The position numbers and the translations under genes are program-made. Shown here piece after piece: positions 6,911-14,977 of a stretch of DNA of 34,146 bases. The stretch lies in IMG/VR virus record IMGVR_UViG_3300021963_000033; one strand, given 5' to 3'. Source of the stretch: a virus. Lineage: Duplodnaviria; Heunggongvirae; Uroviricota; Caudoviricetes. Positions within the stretch are counted from its first letter, which is position 1. Every line of letters starts with the position of its first letter. Below the pieces are notes generated by a model that was not told the DNA's origin, made no database searches, and saw only the letters and a list, made by a program, of their open reading frames with translations.

Positions 6911-8056
6911 TTAGAATGGAACTTCTTCATTTACAGACTGGAAGTATGCGTCTTCATTTACGCCATCATCTGGCATCGCATCATTATCGACTTTCTTATA
7001 GAGGTCTAGGAAAGCAGACTTGGTGTCAGCATCGAAGCGATTGACGCAAAGTTCGATTGCCTTAGCACGCGAACCGAACATAGCAAAGGCATTGACGATG
7101 TGCTCAAGACGACGAGTCGAGATGAGTTCTTCGACGCCGCCTTCATAGAAGGTCTTACGGATAATATCTGCCCAAGTTACCAACTTGTCAGCAAATTCAT
7201 CATCAACCTTGTTGACTTTTTCCATCTTGTTGAGGATAATCTGCTTCTCAATCTTTAGCGAAGGATATTCCTGTTCAACAGTGATGGCGAAACGCTCAAG
7301 GAACGCATCGTCAAGAATCTGGGCAGACATAAACTTGCCATCGTCAGAACCACGACCCTTGGTGTTCGCTGTGGCGATGACATTGAAACCTGCCTTGGGG
7401 TAAACTGTCTCGCCAGTTTTCTTGTTGAAGTATGGTTTACCTTCGAGGATTGCTTGAAGACACATCATCTTGTTCGAACCACGGTCGATTTCGTCGAGGA
7501 TAAGGATAGCACCACGCTTCATGGCAGTGAGAACTGGACCTTCACGGTAAACAACGTTACCGTCGACGAGGGTGTTACCACCAATTAGGTCGTCTTCATC
7601 GGTTTCGATGGAGATGTTAACACGCATGCATTCGCGCTTCAACTTAGCACATACCTGCTCAATCATGGTGGTCTTACCGTTACCCGACAGACCAGAGATG
7701 AACGTTGGGTAGAAGTTGTTCGACTTCACAACCTTCCGAAGATCGTTGTAGAAACCAAAGGGAACATAGGTTGGGTCGACGTGCGGAACGAGGTTCTCGA
7801 TCACTGTCTGCAACTTTGGTTGAATAACCATCTTAGGAGCAGAAACAGGGACTTGGGCGACAGGCGACTTAGCACCTGTCATCAACGGAGAAAGATCATA
7901 CGTACCACGCTTGATCATACGTTCGCGCTGAAAAATCCAACCAGGATACTTCATCCCAAGAGATTCGGCAGCGGCAACAACATCACGCTTACGGAAAACA
8001 CCATTGTTGGTGTTATTGTCGGAAAGGTACTCAACCAAAGCATCACGATTCATCAT
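6911..8056 (-). CDS. cobS: CobS-like/MoxR-type AAA+ ATPase
   Basis: GLSGNGKT, ETDEDDLIGG, ILDEID, ATANTKGRGS, AFLERF, ISTRRL. Confidence 0.92.
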   Translation of the reverse strand: MMNRDALVEYLSDNNTNNGVFRKRDVVAAAESLGMKYPGWIFQRERMIKRGTYDLSPLMTGAKSPVAQVPVSAPKMVIQPKLQTVIENLVPHVDPTYVPFGFYNDLRKVVKSNNFYPTFISGLSGNGKTTMIEQVCAKLKRECMRVNISIETDEDDLIGGNTLVDGNVVYREGPVLTAMKRGAILILDEIDRGSNKMMCLQAILEGKPYFNKKTGETVYPKAGFNVIATANTKGRGSDDGKFMSAQILDDAFLERFAITVEQEYPSLKIEKQIILNKMEKVNKVDDEFADKLVTWADIIRKTFYEGGVEELISTRRLEHIVNAFAMFGSRAKAIELCVNRFDADTKSAFLDLYKKVDNDAMPDDGVNEDAYFQSVNEEVPF

Positions 8057-8094
8057 AAAAATATCCTCACATCACATCATCATTTAATATATTC

Positions 8095-8123
8095 AATATA
8101 CCCTAGAACGGTATAAAAGTCAA
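8095..8123 (-). promoter_or_regulatory. Sigma70-type promoter for cobS
   Basis: TTGACT-17 nt-TATATT. The -35 box overlaps the upstream ORF's TGA stop. Confidence 0.75.
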
Positions 8124-8299
8124 GCCGCTTTTTCACTATAAAGATAGGAAAGATAACCAGCGATAAAGGCATCAGACGCACCAACCATCACGCGAAGTTG
8201 GGAGACAATAAAATCAAGTTCAATAGACTCAACCCAACCATTTTCAAAATCATCACGAGCAGTAGCGAACCCATCAGCGTAAGAAGTAAAATCAGTCAT
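8120..8299 (-). CDS. Hypothetical protein (59 aa)
   Basis: MTDFTSYADGF...SEKAA, SD AAGGA, own promoter upstream. Confidence 0.7.
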   Translation of the reverse strand: MTDFTSYADGFATARDDFENGWVESIELDFIVSQLRVMVGASDAFIAGYLSYLYSEKAA

Positions 8300-8327
8300 C
8301 ACCATTTCCTTTCTCATCTTATATTCC

Positions 8328-8378
8328 ACTCTACCCCGAAACGAGATAAAAGTCAAGCCCTTATTTCGTTTCGGGGTA
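8328..8378 (-). promoter_or_regulatory. Sigma70-type promoter embedded in an 18-bp inverted repeat
   Basis: TTGACT (8356-8351)-17 nt-TAGAGT (8333-8328). Arms TACCCCGAAACGAGATAA (8332-8349) and TTATTTCGTTTCGGGGTA (8361-8378) differ by one mismatch. Confidence 0.75.
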
Positions 8379-8384
8379 AATAAT

Positions 8385-10661
8385 TTAGGCGACTGCCTGA
8401 ATCATTTTGTTCAACAGAACTCGGTTGGTCTGCTTAGTATTTTGGAACTTCTTGAATGCGCGACGAAGATCTTTAGGGTTGCTGCTGTCAGTCTCAAAGA
8501 CATCTTCACCAATAGTCAACTCGCTACCACCAGGAATCAAAAAGCGATCATCGAAACCAAATGATTTTGTGGTGTGGAAAAACTTTTGCTTCCATTCATT
8601 CTTCCACTTGGTATCGAAATCTTCAGTCGCACCATGCATGCGCTTTGCTGCCCACTTAGGATTGTAAGGAGCGATGAAGAAGTTGATAACACGCGAACCA
8701 GTTGCCTTCTTGTAGAGTTCTAGAAGAGCAACTTGCAGTTGAGTGCGATAAACTTCGTCATCATACTTAACTGTTACCGAAGCATTAGTGCTTGCGTCTG
8801 TGATATTGATATGGTGCGAACCATAACGGTTTCCAACGCTGATGTTGTTATCGCCATCACCATCGGTGAGGAACACAGTGTTGAGAACTTCTACGCGATT
8901 TTTAGCACGAAACTTGTCAGCAATCGAACGAGCAACCATGATTGATTCTTCGAGAGGCGTCGAAGCGAGACCCATGATGTCTGAATTGCGAACGAATCTT
9001 TCAGAACGACGAGAAGGACGAACAGAATAGTCATATCCCTTGGCGCACATAAGAAGAGTGCGAACTACTTCATTAAACTTAGCAGACGAACAGTTATCTG
9101 AAACAAACTGCAACAGATTGAATGAATTGTCACCGATTTCAAGTTCCTTGCCAGATGAAACCGTGTCACTAGCACGATTTGCACGCATGGCATCAGACTT
9201 GGAATACTTGTCATTGACAACACCATTGTTGGTGAAACCATAAACTTCAAACGGGATGCGAACCTTGCGGCAGAACATCATGAGCGTAACCAACTGCTCA
9301 ATCGTACCTCTCATGTTTGATGCCATCGAACCAGACATGTCCAGGAACAAAAGCATACCATGGTTTTTACCATTAGGAACAACTGTATTGCGAGCGAACA
9401 GGTCTTCACTGATTTTATGCGCCCAAACACGGTCAACATCAAGACGACCAGTCTTAGAAATCTGCGCACGAGCAAACTCTGAAGCGCGACGACGCATTTC
9501 AAATTCTTGAACCATGGTATTAATATACTTCTGGTTGTTGTTGCGGAACTCAGAGAAAACTTCCTGTGCGACTGGGTCATAATCTACAGTTTTTGTAAAC
9601 CACCTGTCAGCATACACAGTCGGACGCATCCTATCAAGAACCCAATCCATAGGAATGACATAGTTCTTGGTATCAACCTTGCGAAGAATACCATACGCAT
9701 ACTCGCGCGACTTTGAGTCGATGAACGTATCTTCCATTTCGCGGAAGTTCTGATCAGTGATAGAGACAGGGTCTTCGCTGAGAACTGGTGTGTCATTCGA
9801 ACCAGGAAGTTTTTCGCTTTGAGTTGGAGCAACACTACCATCTTCATTTGCGTCGTCGGCAGACTTAGCATCGGACTTAGCATCAGACTTAGCATCTTCA
9901 CCAGTTTTATCGCCAGTTTTATCGCCAGAATCAGCATCGGCATCAGCAGATTCGCCTTCGCTCGACTCGCCTTCGTCGCCATCACCAGAATTCTGATCAT
10001 CCATGTCGGAGAACCATTTATCGACATCGTACGAGGCATCGTCGTCACCATCTGAATCATCCATAAGTTCGCCCATGAATTTTGACGAATCAAAGTCGTG
10101 CTCGGGTTCAGATTTAGCAAGTTCGTAGAGTTCTACTGCGAGCGCAGCAACATCATCCCATGTTTCCAACGCATCAACACGAGCAAGATACTGATTCTCA
10201 TCAGCGCTGAAAGGAGCATTGAGGAAAGAACCAACCTTATAGTGCAGATTGATACGGTCAATAAGACGCAACTTGCTGAGATCATATCCCTTAACGCCGA
10301 AGAAGTTATTCTCGAACAGTTCCTGATAACCAGCGAAGAAGTTACGGCGGATGCCAGGAAACTTGTCCTTAATCTTACGCTCGATGCGAGCATCTTCAAG
10401 AACATTCAGATAGGACTTGATACCCATACCGCGAGCATCAATCACGCCATGCCAACCCTGAGCAGGTGTGAACAATGCATGTCCAACCTCATGACCGATA
10501 AGTAGGTCATAAAGGTCGGACGACATATCTTTCCAGATAGGGAGGATGAGGGTGCGGTTCTTAAGGTCGAACATCGCAGTGGGAACCTTCTGATGTTCAA
10601 TCCGAAGGTTCTCAGTGGCGAGCAATTTAGCAAGGGTAGACTTATGGGAAATAGACATCAC
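8385..10661 (-). CDS. CobT-like protein: N-terminal HEXXH domain, acidic linker, C-terminal vWA domain
   Basis: GHEVGHAL, NVLEDARIE, D/E/G/S-rich linker, MIDAS motif LDMSGSM, STPL, FLTDG. Confidence 0.88.
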   Translation of the reverse strand: MMSISHKSTLAKLLATENLRIEHQKVPTAMFDLKNRTLILPIWKDMSSDLYDLLIGHEVGHALFTPAQGWHGVIDARGMGIKSYLNVLEDARIERKIKDKFPGIRRNFFAGYQELFENNFFGVKGYDLSKLRLIDRINLHYKVGSFLNAPFSADENQYLARVDALETWDDVAALAVELYELAKSEPEHDFDSSKFMGELMDDSDGDDDASYDVDKWFSDMDDQNSGDGDEGESSEGESADADADSGDKTGDKTGEDAKSDAKSDAKSADDANEDGSVAPTQSEKLPGSNDTPVLSEDPVSITDQNFREMEDTFIDSKSREYAYGILRKVDTKNYVIPMDWVLDRMRPTVYADRWFTKTVDYDPVAQEVFSEFRNNNQKYINTMVQEFEMRRRASEFARAQISKTGRLDVDRVWAHKISEDLFARNTVVPNGKNHGMLLFLDMSGSMASNMRGTIEQLVTLMMFCRKVRIPFEVYGFTNNGVVNDKYSKSDAMRANRASDTVSSGKELEIGDNSFNLLQFVSDNCSSAKFNEVVRTLLMCAKGYDYSVRPSRRSERFVRNSDIMGLASTPLEESIMVARSIADKFRAKNRVEVLNTVFLTDGDGDNNISVGNRYGSHHINITDASTNASVTVKYDDEVYRTQLQVALLELYKKATGSRVINFFIAPYNPKWAAKRMHGATEDFDTKWKNEWKQKFFHTTKSFGFDDRFLIPGGSELTIGEDVFETDSSNPKDLRRAFKKFQNTKQTNRVLLNKMIQAVA
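9861..9924. repeat. 12-bp tandem repeats in the CobT-like linker
   Basis: (A/G)GACTTAGCATC x3 (DAKS) at 9861-9896 and CCAGTTTTATCG x2 (GDKT) at 9901-9924. Confidence 0.9.
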
Positions 10662-10686
10662 GAAACCTCATCAATTAATATATTTC

Positions 10687-10715
10687 ATTCTACCCTATTT
10701 TGGCAGAAATGTCAA
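10687..10715 (-). promoter_or_regulatory. Sigma70-type promoter for the CobT-like gene
   Basis: TTGACA-17 nt-TAGAAT. Confidence 0.8.
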
Positions 10716-10740
10716 GCCCTAAAATTACTTTTAGACTAAA

Positions 10741-11085
10741 TTAATTGCAGCGAACAGTGCGCTTTTCATAGTAGTCGCCATAACGATCCATTCCGCTGCT
10801 GATAATTTCGCGGCAGACAGGGCGACGATAGTGATATTCATACTCGCGGTCATAGACTTCGCGCTCAACTTCACGTTCTTCGCTTTGTTTGCGACTGGCA
10901 GCACCAAGAATGAACGCACCTACGCCGATAGCGATCGCTTCACCAGTGCTAATACGCGAACGCTTATGCTGGCGGTCATTTCTGCGTTGTTCCCAACCAT
11001 TTCCATCGCGGTTACGGGCCTCAGCAGCAACAGGAACAAAGGCAACACTCAAAGCAACCAAACTTACGACAACAGATTTAATCAT
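10741..11085 (-). CDS. Secreted/membrane hypothetical protein (114 aa)
   Basis: Signal peptide MIKSVVVSLVALSVAFVPVAAEA, Arg/Gly-rich segment, hydrophobic AIAIGVGAFILGAA, two C-terminal Cys, SD AAGGAG. Confidence 0.8.
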   Translation of the reverse strand: MIKSVVVSLVALSVAFVPVAAEARNRDGNGWEQRRNDRQHKRSRISTGEAIAIGVGAFILGAASRKQSEEREVEREVYDREYEYHYRRPVCREIISSGMDRYGDYYEKRTVRCN

Positions 11086-11108
11086 AAACTTTCTCCTTCT
11101 ATTATTCC

Positions 11109-11137
11109 ATTCTACCATAGAACCTGACAAAAGTCAA
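11109..11137 (-). promoter_or_regulatory. Sigma70-type promoter
   Basis: TTGACT-17 nt-TAGAAT. Confidence 0.8.
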
Positions 11138-11141
11138 TCCC

Positions 11142-11753
11142 TTATTTACGATATCTTGTCATGGTTCCATCGTGATGTGCGAGATACGCTTCAAAGTCCA
11201 CATCTGGATATTCATTTTTCAAGTCGATTAACATGTCAAGATTCGAGATCGCATCATCAAACAAACGAACACGAGCATACTTGCCTGTGTCGAGATACTG
11301 TTTAATGAAGATCTTTTTTCCAGCAGCGGAATTCGGTGCGTTTAGATTACCAGCGCGATGCACATGGATGTCATCAATATCGATACCCTGCTTACGGAAT
11401 GTATCTAGAAAAATATCACGGTCATCAAAGTCGGAGCGGGCTGTGATAACAACCATCTTGCTACCCTTTGCCTTTACGTTCTTATGAATCGCGATTAGTT
11501 TGTTGATTGCTTTCACAATAGGTTCAGAAGTATCGCGGAAATGTTTGGCATCGCGAAACTCTCGGAAGTCAAATGACTCACCAGCACCCAACTTGTAGGT
11601 GTTAAACTCTTGGTTAGACAACTTACGGAGGATTTCTCCATCCTTCATCACATAGATGAGTGCCTTTGTGTTAAAGAGGGTCTCGTCGATATCCCAAATG
11701 GTCAGACCAGAACCCTCTTTACGTTCGAAAATATAATCTTTAAAACCAATCAT
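11142..11753 (-). CDS. HAD-superfamily phosphatase
   Basis: Motif I WDIDETL, motif II ITAR, motif III K, motif IV LFDD. Confidence 0.85.
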   Translation of the reverse strand: MIGFKDYIFERKEGSGLTIWDIDETLFNTKALIYVMKDGEILRKLSNQEFNTYKLGAGESFDFREFRDAKHFRDTSEPIVKAINKLIAIHKNVKAKGSKMVVITARSDFDDRDIFLDTFRKQGIDIDDIHVHRAGNLNAPNSAAGKKIFIKQYLDTGKYARVRLFDDAISNLDMLIDLKNEYPDVDFEAYLAHHDGTMTRYRK

Positions 11754-11759
11754 AGAATC

Positions 11760-11788
11760 AATATACCTGTCTTTTTAGAAAAAGTCAA
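11760..11788 (-). promoter_or_regulatory. Sigma70-type promoter, probably giving a leaderless mRNA
   Basis: TTGACT-17 nt-TATATT, then 6 nt, then the ATG. No SD is present. Confidence 0.7.
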
Positions 11789-11790
11789 GC

Positions 11791-12405
11791 CTATTTATTC
11801 GTTGGTTGAATTTTTTTTCCGCGTTTTGGTTTAGGAGTTTCTGTTTCTTGTGTTGGTTCTTGCGCCGCAATGCGCTTTTCTAACCGCTTGGCGACCTCCC
11901 CCGCATCTAACCAGATATCCTTATTGTCTAGCATGGATTTAATTTCTTCTGGAGTCAAGAAATCTTTATAGAACGAATCAAATAATTTTTCTGACCAAGA
12001 CCTGAAGTGGGTAATTTGGTCATACATCTCGCCGCCCTTACCGATCGTGCCACTGGAATAATTGTGAAACATGAACATGGTATGATCAGATAATTCGAAC
12101 CGATCTGCTGTCAAGAATATGAGAGTAGCAGCACTCATACAAATACCCTCGACTGAACAGACGATAGTGGCATTTGATTCCTGCATCGCACGAACCAGTT
12201 GTAATGCAGAGAACAAGTCGCCACCTTCGCTGTTTATACGAATGTAGATTATATCAGTTTCCCCTGCTGCGCGGAGAATCTGGAACCATTCAACATATTC
12301 TTCGGCAGGTTTAATTTCGCCGCAGAGATAAAATGTTACAGCAGTTGCTACTGGTTGTTGAAAGAACTTTGGTTTATGGAAAAATGGCAGATCACCATCA
12401 CTCAT
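11791..12405 (-). CDS. ClpP-like serine protease
   Basis: YIRINSEGG, catalytic Ser (CMSAAT), His (MFHN) and Asp (KDIWL). Confidence 0.88.
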   Translation of the reverse strand: MSDGDLPFFHKPKFFQQPVATAVTFYLCGEIKPAEEYVEWFQILRAAGETDIIYIRINSEGGDLFSALQLVRAMQESNATIVCSVEGICMSAATLIFLTADRFELSDHTMFMFHNYSSGTIGKGGEMYDQITHFRSWSEKLFDSFYKDFLTPEEIKSMLDNKDIWLDAGEVAKRLEKRIAAQEPTQETETPKPKRGKKIQPTNK

Positions 12406-12766
12406 AGTGTCGCGTGATCGCTGTGATTTTGTCAATTTGTGCATCAATAATTGGTATCCTGTTTGGCCAATGAATATACTCCTTTTCAGGATTCTTCATC
12501 AGGTTGTAAAGTAGGGGAAGAATTAAATCTTCGACTTGTTTTAGTTTCTCTGTAACTTCCATTTCGACGAGTCGTTTGTGTTCAGAGATCATTGTTGACT
12601 GGTCTGCTGTCAAAATACGAGACTCAATGTCGTATAGTTTTGCCATAATCTCATCTTTGAGATCATCAGCGTCTATTGTCTGAGAACTATATGGTTCTTG
12701 GACATGAATTACAGTTTCGGTTGGATCTTCAAATGTGAATCCAAAATCATAGGTTGTGTTTGACAT
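12398..12766 (-). CDS. Conserved phage hypothetical protein
   Basis: DFGFT, ILPLLYNLMKNPEKEYIHWPNR, overlaps both neighbours. Confidence 0.75.
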   Translation of the reverse strand: MSNTTYDFGFTFEDPTETVIHVQEPYSSQTIDADDLKDEIMAKLYDIESRILTADQSTMISEHKRLVEMEVTEKLKQVEDLILPLLYNLMKNPEKEYIHWPNRIPIIDAQIDKITAITRHYE

Positions 12767-13262
12767 ATTTCCTAAGATACTTTCTTGCTCGTTTGTTTAA
12801 AGACTTGAGTGCCATGTCGAGTTTCAATTGTGATACATGATCAGAAAAGTTTAATCCCTGCATGTGATCATATTCATGTTGAGCAATTCTTGCAGGAAGA
12901 CCAGATAGTTTCTCAACCTTATGCTCGCCAGTGACTGTTTGATAAGACAATAGAATTTCTTCTGGTCTCTTTACAGTCAACCACAGTCCAGGATACGACA
13001 GACAACCTTCCTTCGCAAGACTTGCTTCAACTGATTGTGATATAATCTGCGGATTGAAAACATCTTTGCGATTTGTTTCATCAGTCCCCATGACAAAAAC
13101 CTTAGAGTCTATACCCACCTGATTAGCAGAAATACCAAGACCCTTAAGGCGACGGCATTCTTCCCACAGAGTATCAGCAAGTTCCCGTGCATTCTGTGTT
13201 TCAAAGTCAAACTTTTCTGGAACCTTGCGCAAAGCAGGATCTGTAAATTTAAGTAATTCCAT
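12747..13262 (-). CDS. def: Peptide deformylase
   Basis: GLGISANQVG, EGCLS, QHEYDHMQG. Confidence 0.95.
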   Translation of the reverse strand: MELLKFTDPALRKVPEKFDFETQNARELADTLWEECRRLKGLGISANQVGIDSKVFVMGTDETNRKDVFNPQIISQSVEASLAKEGCLSYPGLWLTVKRPEEILLSYQTVTGEHKVEKLSGLPARIAQHEYDHMQGLNFSDHVSQLKLDMALKSLNKRARKYLRKYVKHNL

Positions 13263-14977
13263 TATACCACCATTTCACTATAGTTATTTTTTTTCTCGAA
13301 CTTTATAAGACTGCGGAACTTATCAAACAGTTGATCACCTTTATGACTGATGACAAACACATTAGTATCTTCACCAACTGTGTCAAGTAATGCCATAACA
13401 TAATCGGTACCATTATTATCTAAGGAGGAGTCAAACACCTCATCAAGAATGAGCAGATTAGTTGCTACGCTGTTCTTCATCTTAGCGATTGTTCTCCAAG
13501 TAAAGAGAAGTGCCAGATCAATTCGTTGCTTTTCACCTTCCGAGAATGATGCGTAACTAAAATCATCACGATGGCGTGATTTAATTGTCTCATCAAACTT
13601 CTCATCAAGATTAAACTGCACGAAGAAGTCCATTGCTTGTAGATATTTATTCACCAACTTATTGATAACTGGAAGATACTGCCGAATAATCTTAGTTTTA
13701 ATACCAGTGTCTTTGAGCAACGTGGAGACAATTTCCATGTAATGCTTTTCTTCATTCAGTCTCGCCTTCTCCTCGTTCTGCGTCAGAACTTCTTTGGCAT
13801 ATGACTTGAGTTTTGTTTTTTCTTCATCAATATCTGCAGTCTTGGTTGTGATGTCATTCAGTTCCAAGTTGAGTGCTTGAATTAATCTTTGTTGAACAAT
13901 AATCTCGTTGTTGTTTGCGATAATCTCTGCACTCAACTCAGAAATTTGTTCGGAGAGAGTTTCATTTTCCGCGATAAGTTCCTCAAGTTTTGTAAACTCT
14001 TCCTGTAACTTATCCATTCCCGCAGATAGTTCTTCGATTTTCTCTTGTCGGGATGATACGATGGTTTCTTTATGATCGTGAGCAATGCCTTGCTGGCACG
14101 TCGGACATTCGTCCGTATCATTGTAGAATGCCACCTCCTTTTGAAGATCGCGGAGTTGGGTGGAAAACTTGGTCTTGAATTGTTCGAGTTTCTTTTGCTT
14201 ACTGGCAAGGTCTCCGAGTGCTGCTTTGGCATCTTCGTGTGTAATCTTCTTGCCTTCGAGAGTTCCAACAAGACTCTGGAAACTGGCGATGGACAATTCA
14301 CCTTCCTCAATTCGAGAGATAATTTCATCAACTCTCTTTTCTTTATTTGCTTCGAGCGTATCGACATATTCTTTCTGAATAGTTGCCTTTTGTTTCAGAA
14401 CTTCGAGTTTACCATCAGCATCATGAAGACTATCTTTGAGTTCGTTCATCTTGTCGCGCAGAACAGTATTCATTGTTGTGAAGATCTGAATATCAAGAAT
14501 GTCTTCAATAATCTCGCGACGAGTAAACGGTGGCAACTGCATGAATGGAGTAAACGATGCTGACCCCAGAATAACAATCTGAGTAAACGATTTGTAATTT
14601 AGTTTTAGAACTGATTCCTCGAGATACTTTTGATAGTCCCGAGCAGCAGCATCCTGATTGATTACTTCACCACCAGATTGAATCTCGAAGATGTTCGGTT
14701 TAATACCACGAACAATCTTGTAATCTTTGCCACCAATATCAAACTCAATTTCAACTAGAAGATTTTTCTTGTTGATAGAATTGAGCAGTTGTGGTTTATT
14801 AATACTGCGAAAAGGTTTACCAAACAATCCAAAGCAGAGAGCATCAAGCAGCGTGGATTTACCCCCACCATTCTCGCCGACAATCAAAGTGCTGGGTGAA
14901 CGGTTAAGTTTAATTTCAGTGAAAGCATTACCTGTTGAAAGTAAATTCTTCCAACGTATAGTTTTAAAAATGATCAT
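13262..14977 (-). CDS. gp46: Recombination ATPase gp46 (Rad50/SbcC-like)
   Basis: GENGGGKST, CPTC zinc hook, FSEGEK signature, LILDEVFD. Confidence 0.97.
   Translation of the reverse strand: MIIFKTIRWKNLLSTGNAFTEIKLNRSPSTLIVGENGGGKSTLLDALCFGLFGKPFRSINKPQLLNSINKKNLLVEIEFDIGGKDYKIVRGIKPNIFEIQSGGEVINQDAAARDYQKYLEESVLKLNYKSFTQIVILGSASFTPFMQLPPFTRREIIEDILDIQIFTTMNTVLRDKMNELKDSLHDADGKLEVLKQKATIQKEYVDTLEANKEKRVDEIISRIEEGELSIASFQSLVGTLEGKKITHEDAKAALGDLASKQKKLEQFKTKFSTQLRDLQKEVAFYNDTDECPTCQQGIAHDHKETIVSSRQEKIEELSAGMDKLQEEFTKLEELIAENETLSEQISELSAEIIANNNEIIVQQRLIQALNLELNDITTKTADIDEEKTKLKSYAKEVLTQNEEKARLNEEKHYMEIVSTLLKDTGIKTKIIRQYLPVINKLVNKYLQAMDFFVQFNLDEKFDETIKSRHRDDFSYASFSEGEKQRIDLALLFTWRTIAKMKNSVATNLLILDEVFDSSLDNNGTDYVMALLDTVGEDTNVFVISHKGDQLFDKFRSLIKFEKKNNYSEMVV

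Noticed and set aside
7212-7240. Third antisense promoter candidate TTGACT-17-GATAAT in cobS
   Set aside because: The -10 lacks the first T, there is no partner promoter, and Lys-Val-Asn codons explain the -35. It shows that such -35 matches can arise by chance.
8120-8128. C-terminal Ala-Ala as a ClpXP degron on the 59-aa ORF
   Set aside because: GCG GCT TGA overlaps the conserved GGCTTGAC promoter motif, so the residues may be a by-product.
6911-10661. CobS/CobT as cobalamin-biosynthesis auxiliary genes
   Set aside because: No CobN or other cob genes are in the window. The pair is better read as a generic MoxR AAA+/vWA system common in T4-like phages.
3472-13294. A8-type homopolymer runs in gp62, the ClpP-like gene and gp46 as frameshift sites
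   Set aside because: The frames are intact and full length, and the runs simply encode Lys-Lys.
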